Origin: Desulfatiglandales bacterium
GTDB taxonomy: Bacteria > Desulfobacterota > DSM-4660 > Desulfatiglandales > Desulfatiglandaceae
Length of the DNA: 64,000 bases
Direction of reading: 5' to 3'
Assembly (NCBI GenBank): GCA_963662465.1
Contig: OY759599.1
Location: 6,752,001-6,816,000 of the forward strand
Position numbers and translations under genes: made by a program. The notes beneath the pieces were generated by a model that worked only from the letters and a program-made list of their open reading frames with translations, was not told the origin of the DNA and did no database searches. This document shows positions 1 to 10,243 of this stretch, piece by piece. Position 1 is the stretch's first letter. Every line of letters begins with the position of its first letter.

Positions 1-326
1 GCAGTTAGCAGACCTGCAACCTGACCACATCCGCTGACACTGGGCAGCGGCATAAGACCTATTAATCCTCGTAGGCCCTTCGCTTGTAATCGACGCTTAA
101 AGACATTCAGATACCTTCACCATATCATCCGACCCTAGCCCTTAACCGGGGAGGATTCCCGGAGGGGTTCTCCTGTCACCATTTGAACCCAATTCGGTAC
201 GTTGTCCGCAGGGCTTCACACCCCGTCATCAGCGCAACGGCAGCATGCCTGCGTAGGGTCCGGTAGGAACATACCGGGTACTATAACTACTTGAATACAC
301 TCAAACTATGCGACATCGTGTCGCAA
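1..326 (-). mobile_element. 5' part (domain I) of a group II intron, IIB/chloroplast-like type; truncated by the window edge; inserted in attC R'
   Basis: The minus strand starts TTGCGACACGATGTCGC, homologous to GTGCGACGTGATGTCGC of the intron at 28714-30939. The EBS1-like loop CTGCTAACT (bases 4-9) and EBS2-like ACAAGC (82-87) match the flanking exon GCTTGT-C-GTTGGC. Confidence 0.85.
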
Positions 327-411
327 GCCAACGACAAGCTCACCAGCGCCTCCTCCGGCCCCCGCTGGGACCGCTCAAGTATCAGGCGTCTGGTGGAGCG
401 TTTGGTTGGCC
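327..411 (-). repeat. attC site (main array family)
   Basis: Minus strand GGCCAAC-CAAACGCTCCACCAGACGCC...GGCGCTGGTGAGCTTGTC-GTTGGC; imperfect palindrome with R''/R' cores. Confidence 0.93.
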
Positions 412-645
412 GCACTCAGACCGCGCTAATAGCTCAGCACCGCATAGAAACTGGAGTGGCACTTTGCCTCATAGATAACGCCTTATTGCATTTGAAGATT
501 CACCAGCAATTTCGCGTTATTGAATAATTTCATAGGCTCAACTAAACGTCGCATAGCTCACCCTAAAAAGAACTTTTTCCTTATTCGTTCTTCCCATTAC
601 TTCCGCTTTGGCGCCACCCCACCCCAGAATCGCAGAAAGGACTTC

Positions 646-1071
646 TCATCCTCCGTGGTTTTCCCCATAACGAGCCACAAACGATTCAGGAGGATAAATA
701 TCCAGATCAGATTGTTTAAAGTCGGCTCCATTCCTGGTGACAATGATTGAAATGTTCGCCTGCTTTGCCGCCCCTTCCTGAACAGCATCCTCAAAATCAG
801 GCAAACCAGAATGAAGTGCATGAAGGATGACAGCTTTATCAACCGACACCACCTCGACGCATTGGAGCAAATCTTCGATCAAGGTCAATGTTTGGGCATG
901 CCCTTTTCCTTTTCGAGCAATGTAATACAGATCCGTAATCGTTGTCGCAGACATAAACAGGTCAATGTCCGAATTTTTTGCAACTTCAAAAACCTGTTCT
1001 GCAGGCCCAACAAACGGCTCCCGCTCCAGCATCACGTCCAGTAAGACATTGGTATCGATCAAAACGTTCAT
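646..1071 (-). CDS. PIN-domain (VapC-like) toxin
   Basis: N-terminal VLIDTNVLLD; DFEDAVQ and IVTRN-DF motifs. Confidence 0.88.
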   Translation of the reverse strand: MNVLIDTNVLLDVMLEREPFVGPAEQVFEVAKNSDIDLFMSATTITDLYYIARKGKGHAQTLTLIEDLLQCVEVVSVDKAVILHALHSGLPDFEDAVQEGAAKQANISIIVTRNGADFKQSDLDIYPPESFVARYGENHGG

Positions 1072-1337
1072 TGGTATTTTTCCCGCAAATATTCGTATTT
1101 TTCGGCATCAGCATCTATACCTTTCAGAGAACCTTTCCACTTCACGAGAAAGGTATCAATCGCTTTTGCTTTCGAAATATTCTGTTGCTTTGAAAGGTTG
1201 TTCTCTTGCCGTTGAAAAACTTGTTCTCTAGGGTAGGAATCTTCCAATTCCAGATCGCGCACAAGAACCTGAATCAAGTGATATTTCTCTTGACGAGAAA
1301 GTGTATGGATTTGTGTCTTTAATTTTGCCGTGAGCAT
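1068..1337 (-). CDS. Putative antitoxin of the PIN toxin
   Basis: Small ORF overlapping the PIN gene start by 4 nt; C-terminal WKGSLKG...YEYLREKY; start taken as MLTAK. Confidence 0.7.
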   Translation of the reverse strand: MLTAKLKTQIHTLSRQEKYHLIQVLVRDLELEDSYPREQVFQRQENNLSKQQNISKAKAIDTFLVKWKGSLKGIDADAEKYEYLREKYQ

Positions 1338-1505
1338 TTCAGCACCTCTCTTTATGTCTGTTCCTCGGTAAGTTGCCAAGGACATATCCCGTCAGATATT
1401 ATCATTATCCCGAGAAATGAGGATACATACAGGTGCGTTTTTCGTCAACTCTTTTGGTGATGGCATACCCTTCATTCCAATTCGCCGGGGCGCATGATGG
1501 GCTTT

Positions 1506-1624
1506 GGCCAACACCATTATAAGCGGGCGTTACACCAAACTTGAGTTTACGGTGAATTTGCCAAAATCGACAAATCTGAAATCGGCAACGGCTTATAGCG
1601 CTCCGCTTGATAAATTTGTTATGT
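1506..1624 (-). repeat. attC site (divergent type)
   Basis: R'' ACATAAC contains the stop codon of ORF 1619-2125; arms AAGCGGAGCGC / ACGCCCGCTT; R' GTTGGCC. Confidence 0.85.
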
Positions 1625-2125
1625 ATCTGAATTTAAATCTAATCTCATCTCTTTTGTAATTTGTAAAAATAAAGTTCGAAAACTCTCATATGCTTTTTCA
1701 GATGGTTCTTTATACTTTGCAGTAGGATCCGGGCTCTGTACCGTAGTGAATACTTGATCTCTGATTTTTTCTCGTTTTGGTGATGCTTTATGATGAAGAC
1801 TTGCCCATTCATCAAGAGCGATGCAAGTTTCTCCATACCATTCTGAGATATTTTGAGATGCAAGTATATGAACTTGTGCATTCATTTTGCTAAATTCATT
1901 GCCTAGATTTGCCCCGTCGATTTTGGTAGTCTCACGAACTGCTAACTCCAGCAATTCATATATCGTAGTGTACAGGACTTTCTTTTCATCTCTTCTTTCT
2001 TTATCAATCGAGAACCTTTGACCAGCCATGTCTGTTGCTTTTTTTAGCCTCCATGCAACGATTGCTGAAATTAAAGCAAACAATCCTGCAACTATAGCTG
2101 ATATAATACTAATGTAATCTTTCAT
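1619..2125 (-). CDS. Hypothetical membrane-anchored cassette protein
   Basis: 168-aa ORF with an N-terminal TM helix; fills the cassette exactly (R' GTTATGT, R'' ACATAAC). Confidence 0.8.
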   Translation of the reverse strand: MKDYISIISAIVAGLFALISAIVAWRLKKATDMAGQRFSIDKERRDEKKVLYTTIYELLELAVRETTKIDGANLGNEFSKMNAQVHILASQNISEWYGETCIALDEWASLHHKASPKREKIRDQVFTTVQSPDPTAKYKEPSEKAYESFRTLFLQITKEMRLDLNSDT

Positions 2126-2132
2126 ATTTTAT

Positions 2133-2192
2133 ACATAACGCCGCTAATCAGCCGCGCGGCTTTTTGCGTCGGTTGCATTAGCCTTGTTAGCT
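2133..2192 (-). repeat. attC site (short, 60 bp)
   Basis: AGCTAAC-AAGGCTAATGCAACCGACGC...GCGCGGCTGATTAGCGGC-GTTATGT. Confidence 0.9.
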
Positions 2193-2501
2193 ATATAAAT
2201 TAGTAATCGTAACCAAGAGAACGAGGATTCATAATTTTTTAATGATTATTCTTTGCTTATTAGGGCTTCCTATTGATCACGGTTGCACACTGACCCCCTC
2301 CCTGAAACCATAAAGGTATTCATTGCTGAAAAACCTGGGAACTGTTCGCAAACAAAATTAATTTCTCAAAATTATGACGTAAATGAACACATGCCTTGCA
2401 ACATAGCTGCTTCTTAATCCCATAAGCCAGGTTTTGTGAATTCCCCGAAATATCACATGCATTGAATTTCGCCGACCGCCATTTTCAATGCCAGTTTTTT
2501 A

Positions 2502-3095
2502 TCATGCAATATTGTTTGATTTTTTCCTATTACATTCTTCACATAAAAGTTCAATATTTCTTGCGGTATTGCTACCACCTTCTGAAAATGGAATGATATG
2601 GTCATACTCAAGGTTTCTTCTACTTCCACAATTTACACATCTTCCCTTGTCCCTTCTCCACACTTCTCTTCTGACGCAGGATGGTATGTGTCTTGAACTT
2701 TTCTTTCTAGTATTTTCCAGATCAGTTCTTAGATATTCAATACTTTTGTTCTTTTCCCTTTCTTCGATGAATCTTTCAATATTAAGATCCATCTGCCTTT
2801 CAAGCTGTTCTTTTGTTGCGCATTTCAATGTTTTTACTGAGACGGTTTTTGAATTATAATCCCTTGAAGCCTTCCTTAGCTTACGCTCAATAACAAGACC
2901 GCTTTGCAACCTCTCTCTTATAATACCGTTCGCATTAAATTGTTCTACCTGCTCCCCGCACTCCTTACGTCGCCTTTCCTCCTCTTTTTTCCTATCTATA
3001 TTCGTTCCTTCTTCAGACTTCTTTCTAGATAGCCTTCCCTTTTCTTTCTCAAATACTTGCTTTTTTAGTTTTTTTAAGTAATTCTCAACATTCAT
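2502..3095 (-). CDS. HNH endonuclease domain protein
   Basis: RDKGRCVNCG...EYDHIIPFSEGGSN...LLCEECNRKK. Confidence 0.88.
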   Translation of the reverse strand: MNVENYLKKLKKQVFEKEKGRLSRKKSEEGTNIDRKKEEERRRKECGEQVEQFNANGIIRERLQSGLVIERKLRKASRDYNSKTVSVKTLKCATKEQLERQMDLNIERFIEEREKNKSIEYLRTDLENTRKKSSRHIPSCVRREVWRRDKGRCVNCGSRRNLEYDHIIPFSEGGSNTARNIELLCEECNRKKSNNIA

Positions 3096-3109
3096 AATAA
3101 GGACTCATA

Positions 3110-3237
3110 AAGGGTGTTAAAACAATCAAAAATATTGGCAATAAAAACAGCATGTTGGGTTGAATTTGGACCAAAATCAATATGCAATGTAACCTGTTGA
3201 ATTTATAGCGGAAAACGCATATTGTTTTAACACCCTT
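3110..3237. mobile_element. MITE (128 bp)
   Basis: 17-bp perfect TIR AAGGGTGTTAAAACAAT; 5-bp TSD TCATA (3105-3109 and 3238-3242). Confidence 0.8.
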
Positions 3238-3646
3238 TCATAGCGACGGATTGGAGTGTCCCGAACACATTGCACTATTTGCTCAGAATTACATCTGATA
3301 CACATATAGAAAGCAGCGCAGGGCCTGGCATCATATTTGAGAGATTATTTCATTTGGGGCTTCGTCCCCATTTGCAGCTTGCCACAGAATGTTACCCGAG
3401 CAAATTGACCTTGCATAGTTCAACTTTAAAATGATCTTCTTGCCTTATTTTGTGGTTCCTGTTACTTCCGTTTACAGGCAAATATACACTAAAACTCTTC
3501 ATTTCGATCAGCCGGTACTCGTAGTGGCACGGTGAATTTGTTCTAACGCTAATCCATTGATTTGTTTGAATTGATGTGTCCTTCATAAGGTTTTGATATC
3601 AAAGGTTTACAAATAGAACAAATTTGCCCTGCTCGTAGTGGGCTTC

Positions 3647-3732
3647 GTCCAACGATAAGCTCACCAGCCCCTCTGACTCACTCCGCCAGGACCGCCAAAG
3701 TATCAGGGGTCTGGTGGAGCGCTGGGTTAGCG
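3647..3732 (-). repeat. attC site (main family)
   Basis: CGCTAAC-CCAGCGCTCCACCAGACCCC...GGGGCTGGTGAGCTTATC-GTTGGAC. Confidence 0.92.
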
Positions 3733-3895
3733 ACCTGTGTCTCATTTGAAGCTGATTTCCCTCTCCTTGTTTTCAACCATTTTGCCTATACTGGACGACG
3801 TCGTATTCTTGTGTTGGCCAATGGTTTTTCAACTCCTTGTTTTGTAGGGAGGGGATGGTTAGTGATGCTACTTCCTTCCTACCCGGATTCCGCAT

Positions 3896-6800
3896 CTACT
3901 TGCTCATCTTTACCACCGAACCCTCCCGAGCTTCAACTTTGCTCTTGACCACGATATTGCGCGACTTGAATGTGACTCGCGCACCCTTTTCAATGACCAC
4001 GGCGGGGCCGATGGTAAGAGACTGGTCGCCGGTACAGGTGCAGTCCGTACCCGCCGTAAAAGTTACATCGTGAACAATCGGGTTCACACCGGAGCAATCC
4101 GAGCATCCTGTGGTGGTGAGTGTCTTGAAGGATCGGTTTTCTCCGTAGGCTGTGCCAGCACTGTTTGCAGCCCATGCCCTGGCATAATAGGTGGTGTCCT
4201 GGATGAGGCCGGTAATGTGGCAGGTGAAACTACCTACTCCCGCGCCAGATACTGTCGAATGATCAGCAATGGTAGGTTCAGCGGTAGTATTCCAGCAGAT
4301 TCCCCGGGCCGTGATCTCGGGACCGCCGTCAGAGGTTACACTGCCACCCCCAGTAGCGGAGGTGGAACTGATGTCAGTGGGGACGACAGTGGAGACCGTC
4401 AGCTGTAAGGAAGGAATGGAATCTGGGTCCAAAGGATCGGAACCAGCCTGAATTTCAGCGTAGTCGTTGTAGGTATCGCCGTCCGAGTCCTGGACCAGGG
4501 GATTCGTGTTGTAGGATGCTTCATCGCCGTCGTTCAGACCGTCCCCGTCCGAATCGGGGTTGTCCGGGTTTGTGCCGCCTGTAGACTCCTCCTCGTCCGT
4601 CAGACTGTCATGGTCCCGGTCGTTGTTCTGCACCAGGTTTGAAAAGAAGCTCTCCGTGTCGTCGGTTTTTATGGCTGTTACCGCATATGTCATGGCTGTG
4701 GTGGAAGCGTCCGAGTTCCAGATATCGGCAGTATCATAGGATGTAGTTTCGGAAGCCACGGTGGCCACCCTTGAAAAATAAGGTTCCAGATCGCCCACGG
4801 AATAGATATTGTAACCCGTGACGTCCGCTTCCCCGGTGGACGACCAGTTGACCCGGGTCTTTTGGGTAGCGCCGGAGGTATAGAGATCGGCTCGCAGGTT
4901 GGTTGGCGCCATGGCAGGCAGGGTAACAGTGATCCTGGGTGTTGCCGAGGGATTGACCAATATGGTAAAGGTCTGGGTGGAAGACGGGCGGAAACCCTGA
5001 AAATTGTAAGACTCCGTGACGTCATCATCCATGTAGCCGATATCGAGATGAAAATCCCTTTGGGCTCCACCAAAGTATGTGATTTGGTACTTACCACTCT
5101 CGGGGTTTTCAACAGCCGTTCCGCCGCCGCCGGCATCAAAGGTGCATTTGGAAGCAGGAATCTGTTTCACGGGGAGGCCCGTATCGGGATCCATACCTGT
5201 TTTTCTAGTCTGGGGATCCGTAACGAGGACCCGCATATCCCCCCGGATCGAAACATAGAGTTGGGCAGCAGTCATTGCCTCGGCACTAGCCCTCGTCGGA
5301 GTCAATTGGAAGTCAGGATCCAAAAACGCTTTGATCTCATCAACAAAATCGCCGACCAGCTCAATGTGTTTCACCTTTGACATTTCCGTGTCCAGCATCG
5401 CCCACTCTTCCCCTGCCTCACTTGGAAATGTTGCGCTGTCATAGGGGACGGTGCCGTCCCCTTTCCCCCATTCCACATTGGAATCCTTCGGCTTTTCATT
5501 TTTTGGGATGCCATCCTCATACAATTCATTAGTGGCTCCCGAGACCCCCTTTTCGCGTGCAGTTAGCACCCATCTGATGGTTTCATCCTCCTTGTCGCCC
5601 ACAAATAATCTGGCCTCAACCTTTGTGCCGTCGGACCCGTCCTTGCTCATTACCGATGCGGGTGCATTGTACTTATCCGACCCCTGATTCAACTCCTTAA
5701 GCCAGGCGTTGATATTGCCAGTTGTTTCGACACCCCATGGAGAGCCTTCCTTTTTGAGAAAATTTTCGGTGTACATTAACTCCCGAAGGGATTGGGCCTT
5801 ATCGCGAATAAACGAACGAATTTTATCATGGTTACCCTTTTTTTTCCAACCCTTCTTATCGTATGTGACCTGCCACAGTCTCTCTATTGTCTCCATATAG
5901 GCGTTCAACAATGACTTCACCCCTTCATTTGTAATTTTATCAACGGTATTGGGATCGCCCCCTTCCCACATGTAATAGGGGTTGCATGATCCCAGATGGG
6001 GGGTGCCCACAAAGGCTACCTTATCAATATCACCTTTGTACCCGTCGATGGGGTCTTTGCTCTGAATGTAGGCACGCACCAGAAGCCCGCCCATGCTGTG
6101 GGCAACGATATGCACTTTGCCTGTTTTGGACTTTTTGAGGGCTTCCTTAATTCCGGCTCTAAGATATTTTTTGAAAGCTTTGTCGCATACCATCCGCCAA
6201 TCCCAGGGACATTCAACCACTGTAAAACCCAGAGCCTTCAAATCCTCTTCAAGGATTTGAAATCCCGTTGTTTTCTTTAGATGGATTTGGAGGTCTGATG
6301 GCTCGGGCACGTCCGCAGGCAATGTTGGAACATAAAACCGCAGATTCCAATCCGAAGATGATCCCATCATTCCCGGAACGAGAACAACCGGGGTGTCCTT
6401 TGTGCCGCAGTTGAGTGGGAGCAGGATATCATAAGCTGTAGATGGAAAAACATTGCCGACCACTTTCCAAACATTGACTTTTTCCTCCCCATCTTTCTCT
6501 ACCCTGATTTCGTATTTTCCACATTGCAGAGACCAGAACTCGAAGAAGCCCTGCGCATCGGATGCTATGTTTTGTTCTGGAACCGGGTTCCCCTCCACAT
6601 CATAGAGGCTGACCGTCGCTTGAGAAACCGCGTTTCCCTTGCAGTCAACAACTTTTCCCATTATGCCTGAAGTACAAGGGGTTGGGCCTGTCACATTGAA
6701 AGCGTTGCTGTTGCCGTCGGCACCGTACCCGTTGCAGGTGAGACGGTTCTTTCCAGAATTTTTAACCCGGACTGGAACTGTGGCCTGACCATTCACCAGA

Positions 6801-8209
6801 ACGACCTCTATTGGATCAACCGCGCCCAGTATGCTCCAAAGGCTGACAGCGCCGTTAAGCAGCAGTCGGTGGTTATTGGCATCAAATGCCGTGATGGTGA
6901 CATTGAACCGTGTGCCGACGGTCTGAGATGAAATATACGAAAATTCAAAATGAGCCAACCCATCGCCTTCACACACACAGCGGGCGTAATAGCTGGAAGC
7001 AACCTTATCGGCATAACCCACCGATCCGCTCTCGAAGTCCACATACCATGCCTGCCCCGAACTGTTTGAATAAGAGGTACTCGACCAGGTGTTCACCGAA
7101 CCGTAACCAAAGACCCCATCCACGGCGGCGTCATAGCGGTTTTCGTCCACAAGGCTTTCCAGTTCACGGATGCTGGGCAGACGCCAGTTGTTGACGCCCC
7201 CTTTTTCCAGTTTCGCGCAATAATCAAGCGCCGCCTGCCAGGGGAGGGGATCGCTGCCATCCACGCCTCTTACCTGCTCCCACACGAGACCGGTCACCGT
7301 GTCCGTCACCGTGCCGTCGCTGTTGTCCTGGAATTGTTTGGGGGGGGATATCCCTGTCGGACCACCCCGAACACAACGGGCATAATGGCCGGAACCTTCT
7401 TTATCGGCATATGCCACAGATCCGCTCTCGAACCCCACGTACCACGCTTGAGTTCGACTGGTTGAACAAGTGGTGTTCGACCAGGTGTCCAACGAACCGT
7501 AACCGAAAACACCATCGACGGCAGGGTCATAGCGGTCTTCGTCCACAAGGCTTTCCAGTTCGCGGATGCCGGGCAGACGCCAGTCGGTCACGCCGCTATG
7601 GTCCAGATTTGCGCAATAATCAAGCCCTTCTTCCCAGCTCACCTCGCCGCTGCCATTCTCACCCCTCACCTGCTCCCACATGAGACCCGTCTCAGTGTCC
7701 GTGACCGTACCGTCACCGTTGTCCTGGAACTGTTTCGGGGGGAGTGTCCCTGTGGGGCCACCCCGAACACAACGGGCATAATGGCCGGAACCTTCTTTAT
7801 TTGCATAACCCACAGACCCGCCTTCGAATCCCACGTACCATGCCTGAGTCCGGCTGTTCGAATACGTGGTACTCGACCAGATGTTCAGCGAACCGTAACC
7901 AAACGCTCCATCAACAGCGGGGTCATAACGGTCCTCGTCAACAAGGCTTTCCAGTTCACGGATGCTGGGCAGACGCCAGTCGGCCATGCCCCCACGTTCC
8001 AGGTCCTCGCAATAAGCAAGGCCATCCTCCCAGGTTACCTCGCCGCTGCCGTTCTCCCCTTCCACCTGTTCCCACACAAGACCTGTATCACTGTCCGTGA
8101 CCGTACCGTCGCCGTTGTTCTGGAACCAAGCCGCCGCAGGACCCCCGCCTAAAAACAAAATGATCGCGAAAAATATGCAAACACCGACCAGAATTCTTGT
8201 TTTTTTCAT
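3896..8209 (-). CDS. Secreted multidomain protein: 3x DUF1566/Lcl C-terminal, alpha/beta hydrolase (lipase-like), FN3-like, Ca-binding D-rich repeats
   Basis: Signal peptide MKKTRILV...AAA; three DNGDGTVTD..TGL.W / WRLP.I.EL.SL / WSS / RCVR units; AHSMGG nucleophile elbow; GDGTVP; DSDGDGLNDGDE. Confidence 0.88.
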   Translation of the reverse strand: MKKTRILVGVCIFFAIILFLGGGPAAAWFQNNGDGTVTDSDTGLVWEQVEGENGSGEVTWEDGLAYCEDLERGGMADWRLPSIRELESLVDEDRYDPAVDGAFGYGSLNIWSSTTYSNSRTQAWYVGFEGGSVGYANKEGSGHYARCVRGGPTGTLPPKQFQDNGDGTVTDTETGLMWEQVRGENGSGEVSWEEGLDYCANLDHSGVTDWRLPGIRELESLVDEDRYDPAVDGVFGYGSLDTWSNTTCSTSRTQAWYVGFESGSVAYADKEGSGHYARCVRGGPTGISPPKQFQDNSDGTVTDTVTGLVWEQVRGVDGSDPLPWQAALDYCAKLEKGGVNNWRLPSIRELESLVDENRYDAAVDGVFGYGSVNTWSSTSYSNSSGQAWYVDFESGSVGYADKVASSYYARCVCEGDGLAHFEFSYISSQTVGTRFNVTITAFDANNHRLLLNGAVSLWSILGAVDPIEVVLVNGQATVPVRVKNSGKNRLTCNGYGADGNSNAFNVTGPTPCTSGIMGKVVDCKGNAVSQATVSLYDVEGNPVPEQNIASDAQGFFEFWSLQCGKYEIRVEKDGEEKVNVWKVVGNVFPSTAYDILLPLNCGTKDTPVVLVPGMMGSSSDWNLRFYVPTLPADVPEPSDLQIHLKKTTGFQILEEDLKALGFTVVECPWDWRMVCDKAFKKYLRAGIKEALKKSKTGKVHIVAHSMGGLLVRAYIQSKDPIDGYKGDIDKVAFVGTPHLGSCNPYYMWEGGDPNTVDKITNEGVKSLLNAYMETIERLWQVTYDKKGWKKKGNHDKIRSFIRDKAQSLRELMYTENFLKKEGSPWGVETTGNINAWLKELNQGSDKYNAPASVMSKDGSDGTKVEARLFVGDKEDETIRWVLTAREKGVSGATNELYEDGIPKNEKPKDSNVEWGKGDGTVPYDSATFPSEAGEEWAMLDTEMSKVKHIELVGDFVDEIKAFLDPDFQLTPTRASAEAMTAAQLYVSIRGDMRVLVTDPQTRKTGMDPDTGLPVKQIPASKCTFDAGGGGTAVENPESGKYQITYFGGAQRDFHLDIGYMDDDVTESYNFQGFRPSSTQTFTILVNPSATPRITVTLPAMAPTNLRADLYTSGATQKTRVNWSSTGEADVTGYNIYSVGDLEPYFSRVATVASETTSYDTADIWNSDASTTAMTYAVTAIKTDDTESFFSNLVQNNDRDHDSLTDEEESTGGTNPDNPDSDGDGLNDGDEASYNTNPLVQDSDGDTYNDYAEIQAGSDPLDPDSIPSLQLTVSTVVPTDISSTSATGGGSVTSDGGPEITARGICWNTTAEPTIADHSTVSGAGVGSFTCHITGLIQDTTYYARAWAANSAGTAYGENRSFKTLTTTGCSDCSGVNPIVHDVTFTAGTDCTCTGDQSLTIGPAVVIEKGARVTFKSRNIVVKSKVEAREGSVVKMSK

Positions 8210-8354
8210 GATGCCCTCTTTTTCATCCGGGTAAACCCACCCGGTTACGCGCGGTCGTTGCAAATTTGTTCATCCAGTCCCTATCCGGTTACTTTCGACT
8301 TTCCGCCATCCCAAATAACCCAAATAACCAGGCGTAAAAAATCTGGCCCCAACC

Positions 8355-8942
8355 TCAATATCCGGCACGTACACAACGGACGCGGCAGCGTTCGTTAGCG
8401 TAGAGGTAGCTGTTCTTATTGGCAGGTCTCACTGTGCCGGTGCTGAAATTGACGCACCACGCGTGACCCGTTTCGTATATGGCGTTACTACTCGACCAGT
8501 AATCGTCTAAGTGACAGCCCGGGAAATACGTCTCATCAATGGCAGCAGCATTCGAATGATACCCATAATCCACAATAGAGAAGAGTTCACCTCGGGTAGG
8601 TATGCGCCAATCCGACTGGTTTGCCAGACTGAGTTCGTCGCAGTGGACATTGGCATCATTCCAATAGAGGTCAGAACTATTTCCTTGCTCCCACATCAGC
8701 CCGGTGTTCAAATCCGTCACAGTGCCGTCGCCGTTGTCCTGGAATGCGGGCTGAGGCCCGGCATGCTGAGCGTCCTGCCCGTAAAACGCCTCCCCGGGAT
8801 CAGGACACCGTGTTTCCGTTGAATTGTCATAGCACCTGTTCTGCCCCGTATCCGGAAGCTTGTAGTCCCCTGCAACCGCGTTACCCGGCAGTCCCCACAA
8901 CAACACCAGCCAATATCCCATCGCCACCATAACCCTTTTCAT
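8355..8942 (-). CDS. Secreted DUF1566/Lcl domain protein
   Basis: Signal peptide; LPDTGQ..CYD; DNGDGTVTDLNTGLMW; WRIPTRGEL; VRCVR. Confidence 0.88.
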   Translation of the reverse strand: MKRVMVAMGYWLVLLWGLPGNAVAGDYKLPDTGQNRCYDNSTETRCPDPGEAFYGQDAQHAGPQPAFQDNGDGTVTDLNTGLMWEQGNSSDLYWNDANVHCDELSLANQSDWRIPTRGELFSIVDYGYHSNAAAIDETYFPGCHLDDYWSSSNAIYETGHAWCVNFSTGTVRPANKNSYLYANERCRVRCVRAGY

Positions 8943-9422
8943 CGCACACCTCCTGTTTCCCGTCCTGTACCACTTCTGTGTGAGTGGCGTCTCTCCACGA
9001 TGTTCCTTATTCCCGTTACAAGGGCTCCGAACCCCGATGGTCGAGGCTGAAACCCTCTCTCACAAGAAAGACAAAAGACGGTTTCATTGTTCTTATTCTC
9101 AACATATTCTGTGTGTTACTCCAAAGGCATGCAACGTGGAATCAGCTTTTGGGGCTCGGAAAAAAATAATTATACATCTGGCTTTTCCTTGGCTGATCTA
9201 TTGCGTTGCATCCACCTGGGCCGGTACATATCTACCAATATGCACTGGCGTATTCGCCCTGCATACGAAACAAGATATGATAGAATCTTAAAGATTTATT
9301 TCTTACTGAAACCATAAGTTCTTGATAGTTCTTGAGTGATGTTTTCTTGAACTTTGAGGATTCCATTTGTCGCATTCCTCCAACTGGAAATAACCACTGA
9401 GGTGACCAGCAAAGTTTTTGCA

Positions 9423-9508
9423 AGCTAACGACAAGCTCACCAGCGCCTCCTCCGGCCCCCGCTGGGACCGCCGAAGTATCAGGCGTCTGGTGGAGCGTTT
9501 GGTTCGCA
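9423..9508 (-). repeat. attC site (main family)
   Basis: Near-identical to 327-411; R'' TGCGAAC, R' GTTAGCT. Confidence 0.93.
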
Positions 9509-9757
9509 GCAATAATTCTATCTGCTGCTAAATTCCTTACGAAGCGACCGCACAACCTTGTAGTTGGCTGACGCATGGCTATATTGACTCGCTTTGTGTC
9601 AGTGGCCTTAAATTTGAACAATTCCTATTTTGAAATTAAAAACGGCGTTATAGGGTCGAAAATGAGCCCTTTTCAAACACAAAAGTTTTTAGTTCTAGCC
9701 AGTTAGCGTAGGTGAACCAGATTCAGCCGATTCAAATTGGGAATCTGAAACGAATCT

Positions 9758-10243
9758 CTATTTTATTTTTCTTTGGTCACGAATCTCTATTTTATTTTTC
9801 GTCAAGGTGGTGTCCCACCTTATATTATCGGTAGGCAATTCGGTGCTTATGTTCATTTCCTTCCCACTGTTAAGGTTTTCTCCATCACTTCGAATAAAAC
9901 CAGCACGTGTATTGAACTTAATTTCAGCTATCTCGGCCCCTTTTAAGGTCCCTCGAATCATTTCATAGGTCTCGACCGGGTAATTCCCGTTTTGTAAACT
10001 GCCCATAACGAGGTCCCCTTCCTGAGTTATAGCTATGGTTCCATTAAAAGTCTTTCCGCAAGAACTCTTTGTAACAGCGTGCCACATACCGGATAGGTTA
10101 TAGACTAATGCTCCATTTGGAAGTTTAACCGTATTCGGCATATCAGCATTTAGTCTTACTCCATCCCGCATGGCGGAATTGCAGGCAACACCACATAATA
10201 AGATGAAGAAACCCATGACAAACCATTTTTTCATTTTAGACAT
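9758..10243 (-). CDS. Putative lipoprotein (paralog of 38301-38753)
   Basis: Signal peptide ending VAC-NSAMR. Confidence 0.7.
   Translation of the reverse strand: MSKMKKWFVMGFFILLCGVACNSAMRDGVRLNADMPNTVKLPNGALVYNLSGMWHAVTKSSCGKTFNGTIAITQEGDLVMGSLQNGNYPVETYEMIRGTLKGAEIAEIKFNTRAGFIRSDGENLNSGKEMNISTELPTDNIRWDTTLTKNKIEIRDQRKIK

Noticed and set aside
291..527. Short ORFs overlapping attC sites (also 9232-9621, 11032-11298, 18864-19240, 38974-39255)
   Set aside because: They are translations of the attC repeat, with no independent coding evidence.
6960..8130. Diversity-generating retroelement (RT genes near repeated DUF1566/CLec-like domains)
   Set aside because: Differences among the three domain copies involve all bases and are often synonymous, not adenine-specific. 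No non-coding template repeat or avd gene was seen. Both RTs lie inside group II ribozymes.
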